The notes beneath the pieces were generated by a model. The model did not search any database. It was given only the letters and a program-made list of their open reading frames with translations, and was not told the origin of the DNA. A stretch of DNA of 64,000 nt from Neophaeotheca triangularis (taxonomy: Eukaryota). The translations under genes were made by a program, and so were the position numbers. How positions within the stretch are numbered: the stretch's first letter is position 1; the number at the start of each line of letters is the position of its first letter. Location of the stretch: the NCBI GenBank assembly GCA_054600435.1, contig BAAIJX010000022.1:310001-374000 (forward strand), read 5' to 3'. Positions 10,939 through 21,341 of this stretch are shown here, piece after piece.

Positions 10939-11949
10939 ATGATTTTCGACTCACCCCTGGTCGCCGTCCTCGCGGCGACGGCAGCCTTTTTCTCCCTCAC
11001 TTCGGCCAACGAAAACAACACCTTCACCAAACGCGCCAATCTCCCCCCAGTCATGGGGGGGCAAAACTTCCCGGACCCAGCCACAATCCGCGTAGCAGAC
11101 GGCTGGCACTTCTTCAGCACCAACGCCATGGTCGACGGCAAAAGAATCCACGTACAAAAGGCCTTCTCGCCCGACTTCAAGAAATTCACCTTCAAACGCG
11201 GCCAGGACGCCATGCCCAAACTCGCGCCGTGGATCCAAAAGTCCAACCCGCGCATCTGGGCCCCGGACGTCATCAAACTGCCCAATGGCAAGTTCATCCT
11301 CTACTACAGCGCCGCGCTCAAGAGCAAGCCCAAGATCCACTGCCTGGGCGTCGCTCGCGCCGATAGAGTCGACGGCCCTTACGTCGATAACTCGAAGAAC
11401 CCCTGGATCTGTCCGAGCAAAAAGGGCGGCGCCATCGATTCCTCGGGCTACCTCGACCCGACTTCCGGCAAACGCTGGGTCGTCTACAAAATCGACGGCA
11501 ACGCCATCGGCCGCGGAGGCGTCTGCGGTAATACTGTCAAACCCATCGTCGGAACACCCATTCTGCTGCAACAAGTCAACGCCCGCGACGGCGTGACCAA
11601 GATCGGCGCTCCAGTACAGCTCATAACCAACGGCCCGCTTGATGGCCCGGTCGTCGAGGCTCCCACGCTTACCAGGCTCGGTGGCAAGTACGTGCTGTTC
11701 TTCTCATCCAACTGCTTCGCCACGCCCAAATACGACGTCGCCTACGCCACTAGCAACAACGTCGGGGGTCCGTATAAGAAATACGGCCCGCTGTTCGTTA
11801 CCGGTAACCTCGGCATGACCGCACCCGGGGGTCTTGATATCAACGAGAATGGCGACAAGGCTGTCTGGCACGCCAATTGGGGCAAGGGAAGGGCCATGTT
11901 CAAGGCTCGTCTTTCGCAGAGTGGGAATTTGGTTCGTGCTCATATTTGA
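10939..11949 (+). CDS. Secreted glycoside hydrolase family 43 (arabinanase/arabinofuranosidase-like beta-propeller)
   Basis: Signal peptide; motifs NFPDP, IWAPDV, GGAIDS, VVEAP carry the catalytic D/D/E; TAPGG near the C-terminus. Confidence 0.92.
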   Translation: MIFDSPLVAVLAATAAFFSLTSANENNTFTKRANLPPVMGGQNFPDPATIRVADGWHFFSTNAMVDGKRIHVQKAFSPDFKKFTFKRGQDAMPKLAPWIQKSNPRIWAPDVIKLPNGKFILYYSAALKSKPKIHCLGVARADRVDGPYVDNSKNPWICPSKKGGAIDSSGYLDPTSGKRWVVYKIDGNAIGRGGVCGNTVKPIVGTPILLQQVNARDGVTKIGAPVQLITNGPLDGPVVEAPTLTRLGGKYVLFFSSNCFATPKYDVAYATSNNVGGPYKKYGPLFVTGNLGMTAPGGLDINENGDKAVWHANWGKGRAMFKARLSQSGNLVRAHI

Positions 11950-12068
11950 GGTTGAAGTAGTTCTGTGTGCGTGCTTAGGTGGATGTGATGCGTGGTTGAT
12001 TCCCTTTTTTTGGGCATGTAATGAACCTCTTTATTATGTAGGAGCTGTATGGCACTTCGGGCTATGGT

Positions 12069-13420
12069 CTAGAGTCCTTCTTTCGCGAGCATATCTGGGA
12101 CGTGTGAGTGCTTGCAACAATTTGAAATCGTTGAAACCGATGGGGAAAACTCACCAGCAATATCAAGGTACAACGCAATGGCGTTGAAGCTGCAACGAAT
12201 TAGTATTCTGTAACACTAGGTCGAGTATGGGATTATCGTACTTCCGCTTATTGCCCGTAAGCTCCCAGATCATCCACCTCAACCGATTAGTCCAATTGAT
12301 GAGGTCTAGATGCGAAACATCGTCCAGAGTCCCCTTGTAATTCCCCCAACGCGAGCTGTCCACGCTCACCAGACCATCGTTCGGCCCTTCATCCCGCTCC
12401 ACGATATGGTGGGATTGGCGAAACATTGACAGCAAGTGCGGCTGCATCCTGGCTCCATAGGAGTAATAGCTGTACCGCGATCAGCTTCGAAGTCTCTGCG
12501 ATCGCAGATCCGCAACGCATACCGTATACCATCTACGTCCGGCGTCCTCGGGTTAAAACTCTCGGCCATATACTTCCTCGTCAATTGGCTAAAAGCTCCA
12601 GCTTCAAGCCCAAAGAAATTGAGCACTTTGTAAAGCTTCGGAACATTGGCAATACCAATCCAATTGAAAACCTCATCCGCAAAAGCCGAGCCTCTGTGAG
12701 GCGTTGCGATAGTCGTCAAAGAGACAACATCAACATTGGGCGGATGAAGCCGCGATATCATATAGCGAGAATCGAGACCACTAGAGCCGTCAGCACACGC
12801 CCAAGACCCCAAAGCGGTCTGAAAAGCAACACATACCCCTTAACAAAAAGTCAGCCAAATCAACAAAAGGCTGCTCAAACTCCATATGCACTAACCATGC
12901 TATGCCTACAGCCCCCGAATAAGTCAGCAAATCAACCCCTCCAAAACTCCCCAGAAACACCTCAAACTCACGCAATAATGTTAACACTCTTTCCCCCAGC
13001 CCTAGCGGCAATAGTCTCAGCCAGCTTCTCCGCCCTGGCCTCGATACTTCCCGCAGCAGGCACAGCAGCAGTCACAACCTCAACGCCCTTCGCGGCCAAA
13101 GCACTCGTGATGCCGCGCCAGTACTGGATCCCCGGGAGGTTCGGGGCGACGCGCAGCTCGTCGAAACCTAGCAAGCCGTGCGCGAGGATGATGGGGTTGC
13201 GGGGGGTTTGGTAGTTTTCGCGGATTAGGGCGAAGTCGTCTTTGATGATGTGGTCGTTAGGTGATGCTGGTGCTGGGTCGAGGGAGGAGATGCGTGGGTC
13301 GGGTTTGTTGTGTAGGGGGATGCTGGTGTGGTAGGGGGAAGTTTGCCACGGGGTGAAGGGCGAAAGGGAGAGGGGAGTGGTTATACGCCGACGGAGGGCG
13401 GTGCGGTGTATGATCAGCAT
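12069..13420 (-). CDS. Triacylglycerol lipase, TGL2-like alpha/beta hydrolase
   Basis: Exons 13420-12972, 12905-12896, 12838-12837, 12780-12523, 12469-12242, 12189-12155, 12094-12069, all GT-AG. Spliced motifs AHGLLG, YWRGI, AHSMGGLDSRY, TIATPHRGS, NDGLVSV, HLDLINW; ends MLAKEGL*. Confidence 0.9.
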
Positions 13421-13803
13421 CGCGATCGAGTGGCTTTGGTTGTCAGTTGGGTGTTTTATCGTTGTGATGTTGTTTGATGAAGTGGTCGTTGAGTATGCCG
13501 GAGGCAGGAAGTGTGACACAAGCTAGACTGTGATTGGCTGTCTGGGTGTGCGCGCTAACGACGGGCTGGATTCCGTCGCATGCTCATAATCTTCGAGGCC
13601 ACTTGCTTTCGCTATGGCCAGCAGAGCAAGGACGTTCAACATTTCATTTCTATAAACAGTCCCGTGAAACCTAAGAGTTCTAACATGAGCACCAGCCGCG
13701 CAATCGCAACCCGTGCTATCGGAGTATCATATAAACAAAACAAGCAATAAACCTCGCTACTGTCCCATGCTGCCATCTTCAGTCCACGCAAACGTACTTT
13801 TCC

Positions 13804-15420
13804 CTACAAAGCCCACAATCCAGCACCCACGGCCGCCATCAAAGGCATCCCAGTCGCAGCAGCTCTGAAAGCGCCACCAGCCTCAGTAGAAGTGGAGTCA
13901 GAGTCAGAGTCAGAGTCAGAGTCATCGTCCGAATCACTGCCGCTGGAATCACTGCCGCCAGCTCCGCCACCATTGCTGCTCGACTCGGTTGGCTCAGGAT
14001 TTCCTCCACCGCTCTGAGAGGCGGAAGGAGTACCTGTGGGAGCAGCACCAGTTGCCAAACCGCTGTAGTCCGGCGCATCGGCACTGCTGACTCTGCGGAT
14101 AGCCAGGTCGGTGACTATGGCGCCGTCGGTGGCGTAGACAGGGGCTTGCACGCTCGTTTGGGTGATGCTGACGATTTGGCCAGTGCTGATACCCGTGACG
14201 CCAGATGAGATGAGATCTGCGGCACCGGAAGGTTGCTCGGGCAGATCAAAGTTGGTGTTGAAGTTGTCGGTCTCGATCAAGTCGCTCGAGCAGGTTGGCG
14301 GGGACAAGTTGGTGGCGGTGTCGTTGGCTTCCGTGAGGAGATCGTTGTCGATTTGAGCGTACTTTTCGCCTAGGGTAACGTAGTCGGTGAGAAGTTGTAG
14401 GCTGCCGTTGGCATAGGCCTGCGTGAGACCGTAGTCGCCAATTTCATTGGACCATTGGTAGACCAAGCCGCCGCTCATGGTAGTCATCCTGGGGCCGTAG
14501 ATCTCTAGCACCTCGTCAAAGGGTCTTGGGTGGACTGCGTCACAGCCATATTCCGTGAAGAAGACTGGGACGGTGCTTTGTCCAAAGAACTCGATGAGTT
14601 GGTCGAAGGTCGAGCTCTCGAATGTAGCGTCTGCGCCGCACCAGGAGTAGCTGTTGAGGCCAAAGAAGTCGGCGCGGCTGTCGTCATTGCCATCGTTGTC
14701 CGAGTTGTCGCACTGCAAGTACTCCCAAGTGTCAAACAAGACCTCGCGAACGTCCGCAGCGGAGTAGCCGACGGGAATTGGACGGTCGCTGTTCTCACGA
14801 ATGTATTGCTTCAGGTCGCGAACAACGGCGCGAAGGTAGGGCGGGTTGTCAACGACGGTGCCGACACCGTCAATCACCTCGTTGGCAGAGATAAAGGCCG
14901 CGGTGTTCGGGTAATCCTTGAAAGCGTGGACCAGAGAGAAGATGCGCTCGAGATAGCTCAAAGTGTAGGAGCTCTCAGGGTCGCCGCGGTTGATGCTCTC
15001 TCCAGCAAGCGGGCTGTTGACGTCGAGCATCATATAGATACCCACTTCGTTGAAGATGCTCGCGCAATCGTCGTGGTTGAGGGTGGGGTCGATGTTGTAT
15101 GTGCGAATAGTATTCACGCTTAGCTCTTGCATCAAAGCCGCGTCCCGAAGGCATGTCGTGCCATTGGTGAGGGGATCGCCGGCACCGGTGCCATACCCGG
15201 CCTCTCCGCCTGGTTGATAGTCGACTCCGATGACGAAGTAGCGATCGCCCGTTACGCTGTTGATGAACTCTTGTCTCTGGGTTTCGATGGGGTTGACGGC
15301 GCCGGCGGTGAGCGCTAATGCGCTGAGCGAGGTGAGGGTGGTAGTGAACTGGCGAATTGTCAGCGATCTGGAGCAGCGAAAGCTCACTCCGGTAGAGTTG
15401 TTTGAACATACGGTCTTCAT
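13804..15420 (-). CDS. GPI-anchored 1,3-beta-glucanosyltransferase (GH72, Gel/Gas family)
   Basis: GVDYQPGG, ANEV, PVGYSAAD, NSYSWCG, FFTEYGC; Ser/Asp-rich linker and hydrophobic GPI tail. Intron 15411-15349 gives signal peptide MKTFTTTLTSLSALALTAGA. Confidence 0.95.
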   Translation of the reverse strand: MKTVCSNNSTGVSFRCSRSLTIRQFTTTLTSLSALALTAGAVNPIETQRQEFINSVTGDRYFVIGVDYQPGGEAGYGTGAGDPLTNGTTCLRDAALMQELSVNTIRTYNIDPTLNHDDCASIFNEVGIYMMLDVNSPLAGESINRGDPESSYTLSYLERIFSLVHAFKDYPNTAAFISANEVIDGVGTVVDNPPYLRAVVRDLKQYIRENSDRPIPVGYSAADVREVLFDTWEYLQCDNSDNDGNDDSRADFFGLNSYSWCGADATFESSTFDQLIEFFGQSTVPVFFTEYGCDAVHPRPFDEVLEIYGPRMTTMSGGLVYQWSNEIGDYGLTQAYANGSLQLLTDYVTLGEKYAQIDNDLLTEANDTATNLSPPTCSSDLIETDNFNTNFDLPEQPSGAADLISSGVTGISTGQIVSITQTSVQAPVYATDGAIVTDLAIRRVSSADAPDYSGLATGAAPTGTPSASQSGGGNPEPTESSSNGGGAGGSDSSGSDSDDDSDSDSDSDSTSTEAGGAFRAAATGMPLMAAVGAGLWAL

Positions 15421-16496
15421 CGTGACCCTCTTCGGAGGTGGTTTGTGTGTATTTTCTCGTATGAGGCAATGCGCTCTTGTTCAGTGTTTCTGGTAGTCGA
15501 AGTCCACTGCTTGCAATGCTTACAGTGGCACGAAGGTTGTCTTGATTAAGGAGGTAGTTTGTAGATTCGTAAGTAGCGAACGACGGACAGCCAGCTCAGC
15601 TGTCGAAGAATGAACGGCCCAAGATCGATTGAAAAGGTCGAAGGCAAGAACAGTATAAAAGTAGAAATGGGCAAGCAGAGAGATTAGGAAAGTGGCACCG
15701 AGTTGTCGCAGTGGCGGGGGGAGGAAGTAGTAGTGACATCGTACCAAAACACCCAAGAGATTTAGTTGAACGGACCTCCGCGGTGAACCGACCGACTTAC
15801 AGTAACTGTTAATCCCGTTTGCATGGCGACACGGGTTGGGAACCTGGAATACGAGAGAATAATTACGAACAGAACCCACGAGCACGAGTACTCCAAACGT
15901 GTTTGTCGAACGGAGCCTGTCGGCAGAGATGAAGTTGCAATTTATGGCCCCACTGCGCAAACGATGGGCACACGGCATTCGCCCAAAACGTTTGACTTTG
16001 CTGTTTATTATAGAGACAAGCTTAAAATCATGGCTCCCAAGAAATCGCCCAGACCCTGCCGCGACCCGGGCCCGTCTCTGTGGCGACCGACCCCGAATCG
16101 TTCGTTCTCCGTCGTGATGCAGTAGAAACGTTATCTTATCTTGCTTTTCACATTACTGCAGTCCAGGAGTACCACCTTCCCACCTCATACGACCTCCGTG
16201 CGTGTGATTGAGACCATTCCTGAGGTAAGCTCGCACAAAGGTGCAGTATTCATTTAGCGAAATAACCTTCGGCCGCATACGTCAACGAGGGTCTTTATGC
16301 ACCAGCGGGTAGATAGGCTTTATGCCGTGTCCCGAATCGACAGTTTGCCAAGAATCTTTGTGCCAGAAGTCAGAACTACTCGTGAAGACGGGAAGACAGA
16401 AGATGAATAATATAGCAGCATCACACGCTGCCGACCCAGTAAACCCCCAGCGCCAACGCTAAGTATCAAGAGCCGCAAACAAACGCAAAGGGAAAC

Positions 16497-18665
16497 TCAA
16501 TCCACGCTCTCCTTAAATCCCGTCATCAGCGGGCTCTTCCTCACGGGGCTGCCCGCCCGACTCCTGATAGCCAAACGCTCCTTGCTCTCCGTTCTAGACA
16601 TCAAGCCTCCCTTGTCGAAACCCGCAATCCCCAGACCAGCGACGCCTGCAGTTCCACTTGCACCGCCCCCGTCAAGATACCCCTTGGTTTTGGGACTCGC
16701 GCGGCTGAAATCAGGCGAGAGGCCGCGATGCGCCGGCGTCGCCCAGCCAGATGTCCTACCCGTGCGCGCAGAGTCGTGACTGCTCGAAGCCGAGCCGTCG
16801 GAGAGGTGCTCTTCGTCAGCGGCCGTGGTGAGCTCGAAGTCTTCGGCATTCACGCCATCTTCAAGCACGCGTTCGTAAGTCGGGCTGCCTTTGCTGCCTC
16901 CACCGAAGAGTTTGCCGCCAAGAAAACCTGCTTGTCTTTTGCCACGCTTGCTCGAAGGTCTGCGGCCGCAAAGCGTCGAGATCTTGGACTTGAGGCTTGA
17001 GCGGCGCTCGCGGCCGGCGAGGAAGTAGGCAACGAGGCCTAGGATTAGGAGGAAGAGGATGATTCCTGGGATCCTTTGTGAAGAGTCTGAGGAGAAGACG
17101 CGGTCGTGCCAGTCTTCTGTTCTCAGTGAATCGTCTGTGCCAGCGGGAAATTGCTCAAAGGTGCCGCCAGCGAATTGGAAGTCGTCGGGTAGAGCATCGT
17201 CGGGAGTGTTGCTTCCAAACCCAACTGCCATTGCATTTTCGTCGGCCGGCATCTGCGAGGAGGCGTAGAGTACCATCTTCCCCAGAGTCCAGCTGACTTC
17301 GGTGCCGTGAATCTTGTCAACAGCTTGAAAAGGGTCAATGAAGCCCCGGTCTTTGGCATTCTCGATTAACGAGTTGGTCTTGTTGTGATCACCCTGGCCT
17401 GGCTGCTCAGTGCCTTCTATCCCTACCCTTGGCACTCCAATACCATCGTGCAGCATACTAATCAGCCAACTAGCCTTGAAGCAAACCTCTTCAACCGTCT
17501 TCTCATCGACCTTCTCTCCCCATTTGCGACCTGCGACGTCCTGTTCAATGTCCGTCCAGTCTCGCGAACAGAAATCAATAACCTGCTTCTGAAATGTGTG
17601 AAAGTCATACGCCTTGTCCGTGTGCGCTTTTGCGAAGACTTCGTGTGTCGTATGCCAGTACTCGGAGACGCCAACAAAATGATTGACATCGAAGTCGATG
17701 GCTGGAGTATGAACGCCGTCCAGCAGACAGGGCGCATTCACGCAAGCCTTATCCTTCTCGAGCAGAGGATAAGTCTTCTTCAAACACTCCGGAAAATTGC
17801 CAGTACCCAGCAAATACGGTTCATCGCCCTCGGCCTCTGGCGAACCAGCCTCAATCTCCGTCCCGTCCGTCTTCGCCAACAGTCCCACCGGCAAGCAAGG
17901 ATCCGGCAACTCCTTCTGACCAGAATATGCATCCAGTAAACCCTCCACGTACCTCCTCCTAGCCTCATTTGCGCCAAAACCCAACCAAGTCGTAACAAAC
18001 ACCCTATACTCCAACGCCTGGCCATCCACCCTCCTCAACCTCAAAAGCTGCAAATCATCCGCATGCGCCTCCGCCTCGGTCGCATTCGGCGCAAAAGCAA
18101 TCTGCGCGCTCGCACCCCCCATGTCCAGAAACCCATAAGTATCATGGCCCGCACCAATGTCCTGTTTTTCCGGCGCATCAAATCCGCCAAGCAAGTAATT
18201 GGCAGCGACCCAGCCGTAAAGCCCCTCCGTCTCCCCAGGTATGACCTGCACATGCAACCCACAATCGGGAAGCTGAAAGTCGGTATTCTGCCGGAAATAC
18301 GCACACACATTCTCCAGCACCTCGGCCCTTTCGCGCTCGGGCAGCAGGCGCATACCCGCCGTCGCGAGCAGGAAGATGGGCGTCTCCGGGACTTGATGCT
18401 TGGGCACGACATCCAGCGCAAACTCGACCAGCTCTTTTAAATGCTCGGGCCCGACTTGTTCAGGTCTCGAGCCGTAAGTTGAGATCCCCGGCTTCGCCTT
18501 CTTGCGCCATTTGCCGTGTGTCTCGAGTTCGGGGAGTTTACGCCGGGCGGCGGCGTCTTTGTCTGTTTTGGCCGGTGTTCGTGGTGCCGTCTTCCATTTG
18601 TAGATGTAGATGCGGGTTCCTGAGGAGCCGGCGTCGAGTATTACGCCCCAGCGGTGGTTGGCCAT
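16497..18665 (-). CDS. YND1: Golgi apyrase (GDA1/CD39 nucleoside phosphatase) with C-terminal transmembrane segment
   Basis: Apyrase conserved regions DAGSSGTR, ATAGMRLL, GETEGLYGW, DMGGASAQ, SWTLG; one TM followed by a cytosolic tail. Confidence 0.93.
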   Translation of the reverse strand: MANHRWGVILDAGSSGTRIYIYKWKTAPRTPAKTDKDAAARRKLPELETHGKWRKKAKPGISTYGSRPEQVGPEHLKELVEFALDVVPKHQVPETPIFLLATAGMRLLPERERAEVLENVCAYFRQNTDFQLPDCGLHVQVIPGETEGLYGWVAANYLLGGFDAPEKQDIGAGHDTYGFLDMGGASAQIAFAPNATEAEAHADDLQLLRLRRVDGQALEYRVFVTTWLGFGANEARRRYVEGLLDAYSGQKELPDPCLPVGLLAKTDGTEIEAGSPEAEGDEPYLLGTGNFPECLKKTYPLLEKDKACVNAPCLLDGVHTPAIDFDVNHFVGVSEYWHTTHEVFAKAHTDKAYDFHTFQKQVIDFCSRDWTDIEQDVAGRKWGEKVDEKTVEEVCFKASWLISMLHDGIGVPRVGIEGTEQPGQGDHNKTNSLIENAKDRGFIDPFQAVDKIHGTEVSWTLGKMVLYASSQMPADENAMAVGFGSNTPDDALPDDFQFAGGTFEQFPAGTDDSLRTEDWHDRVFSSDSSQRIPGIILFLLILGLVAYFLAGRERRSSLKSKISTLCGRRPSSKRGKRQAGFLGGKLFGGGSKGSPTYERVLEDGVNAEDFELTTAADEEHLSDGSASSSHDSARTGRTSGWATPAHRGLSPDFSRASPKTKGYLDGGGASGTAGVAGLGIAGFDKGGLMSRTESKERLAIRSRAGSPVRKSPLMTGFKESVD

Positions 18666-19724
18666 TGTTGGCACCTAGCTGAGCTGATGGGTGGACTGGT
18701 TAGTTGGCCGAGGTTCGTCGTTGTTACGTTTGCCGTCGAGCGAGCTTCGAAGTCGCAGCGAGTGGAAGACGCATTGACTCCGGAGGGCTTCATGCGACTT
18801 TACTCTCGAGAGAAGTCGGTTGCTGTCTTTCGAGGTCAGAAGTCGTACAAGACAGGTACGAGCGCAACAACAAAGGTGTACCTCCTGCGGCCGCGTACGC
18901 AGGCTTCGCGTTCGGAGCTCGCCCCAGCGATCATTCAGATGTACAAGCCTACAAGGGTCCAGTCCTCGGATGTCCCAAGGTGAGACTGCGCAGACTAACT
19001 ACTGCATCATGCAAGGCGGACCGTTAAGGTAATCTTATCTGTGCTTTACCTGTAGGCTAAGAATATGTAAACAACGAACTTGATTTGACTTGATTTTATT
19101 GGCGTTCACTGCTTAAACCCAGCAATTTGGACAATGGCCAACATAAAAGCCTCGACGACTTTGATCAAAGCAGTATCTCGAGACCGAGAACCGGCTCGAA
19201 AATCAGTCGTACCACACCAAGATCACTTACAATTTGATCGGTCTCAGAGTTCACGAGCCGCTGCTCGTCCATGGCTCGCCATGGGAGTACGCAACTTACG
19301 AAAATGGGAGTAGTGTACATGAGATACAACCCACCCAAGCGCCACAAGCCCGATTAAAACCAGCTTCATTGATTGGCCTTGTATCGTCTCGCGCTAGCCG
19401 CAGGACGATGTTCTGGCAATTCACCTGCAAGGCGCTAGCAGGAGCTAGCGAGGTCGTTCCTTCCCCGTTGGTTCCACGCAGGCCTGAAAGCATAATAAAT
19501 AGCTATCTAGGTATAAAAACACGGCTGGCCGAATGAGACGCCGACACGAGGGTCTGAAGTACACATGTTAAAGGGCAACAGTATGGCACCTGCCTTCAAA
19601 GAGCCTTGAAGCGGCGGTGGAAATGCAAACACCATTTCGATCACTCTATCAGGTCATAGTACATTCTATACTCATATGATAACATCGCAGGTCATGAAAG
19701 TCCGCCTCTCCTCAATTCCACCCC

Positions 19725-20657
19725 TCACTCAAGCACAAATCTAATAAACGCCGCCCCAATAGCCACACCATCGTGATGTTTCCTCACGCGATCCATACCG
19801 TCTTTCCACATAGCATCGTCAAAGACACCAGTCGCATGCCTAGCATCCAACAACTCGCTAACAATATCCCCATTGAACTCCGGATGCCCTTGCACAGTGA
19901 TGAGGCGGTGCTGGATGTAAAAGCCCTGGACATCGCACCGCGGCGAGTGGCCCAATTCCGTGGTGCCTTCGGGGAAAGCGTAGACGATATCGCGGTGCAT
20001 CTGATGTATAGCCTGTGTCCTCACGCATGAGCAAAACCACGGTCCCTCTCACACCAAGCGCACACGCTGGCCCAGTAACTCACCAGCTCCTCGACCCCAA
20101 ACAACTCCTTCCCCTTGGGCGTAAGCTGCACGGGACAAACGCTAACCTCCCACCCCCTATCACTCCTATCGACCTTGACATCCATCGCGCGGCCAATAAT
20201 CTGATGCCCAAAACACACGCCAATGAGCCTGACCCGTCGTTGCGCCAGCACTTTCCTCGTAAACTCGACCAGCTTCAAAATCCAAGGATCATTGTCGAAA
20301 GAATTAAACTCTGCAAAACATCAGCCCATGGCCCCAACAACCAAACCCTGTGCCGCCCACCCCCTCTCACGACTCAGGTAAAAAGAGAAAGATTGCAAAC
20401 CTACTGCTCCCAGTCAAAAGCACAGCATCCAAAGCGTCCAAATCAGGATAAACCTCCTCGTTGACAACATCGTACTTGCGCACATCCAGCTCGGGTTTCC
20501 GCTTGCCGTCCTGTTGGCTATACCGCCCGGCGCCCGCTTCCAGCAACTCCCTGAACAAGTTCCCATAGCCGCCGTATTTTTCCTTGGTGCGGCCGATGGG
20601 GGTGTCGCACTCGAGGACTGCGATGCGCAGGCTGCGGGGTGGGGGTGCTTCGCCCAT
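19725..20657 (-). CDS. Class I glutamine amidotransferase-like protein
   Basis: Exons 20657-20405, 20310-20084, 20012-19725. Motifs LLTGSKFNSFDNDPWI, GVCFGHQ (Cys), QGHPEF (His-Glu). An upstream in-frame ATG exists at 20804. Confidence 0.9.
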
Positions 20658-21341
20658 TGTTGTTGTTTCGGCTGGGAGGGGGACGCGGGGAGAGGGCTTG
20701 GTGGGCGAGAGGTGGTGGCGCAGGGTTAGGTATGCTAAAGTGGTTAGGAGGAGGAGGAGGCTGGCGAGGCGGCGGAAGTTAAGGGAGTGTTGGTGTCGAG
20801 GCATGGCATGCTGATGGCGATGGGGGAAATGCTTATCGCGGCGTTCTTGTCTTATCGGAGGAAGGGGCGATCTCGGGGTCGGGTAGTGGCCCGAAATTCG
20901 GCATTTGTAGTCTTAAGGCACGAAGGCACTTTGACTGATGGAACTCTGGCTTTGCAAGAACGAAAAAGCAAAGTCATTTTTGACATTTGTTTTACATGAC
21001 ACGCTCTTATCAAAGGTCACAAGGGATAGGCCTCTATTCGCCAAAAATTGTACTAAGAGATACATTGGAAAAGCTACTAGCAACGACCGCCTCCTTCCAA
21101 CCAACTAAACCCGCGCCATCTGAGAAGAGCAAACGACAGTAATGGCCGGCCACGACCTTTTCCCTGCCTTGAGCAGTTGCCAGCCGGCACCTTCTTCTAC
21201 AGGAGAGGCCTCGCAAGCCCCCGATCCCCAAAGTGGAAGGGGAATGCCCAAAATCATGCTATTACATGGGCTCATCAAAAAGTTCGTTAAAAGTCGTCCG
21301 CTTCGTAAGGAAAAAAAAAAAAAAAAGCCAAAAGAAAAACA

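Noticed and set aside
13895..13925. (GAGTCA)n repeat
   Set aside because: Encodes the Ser/Asp linker of the GPI-anchored GH72; ordinary
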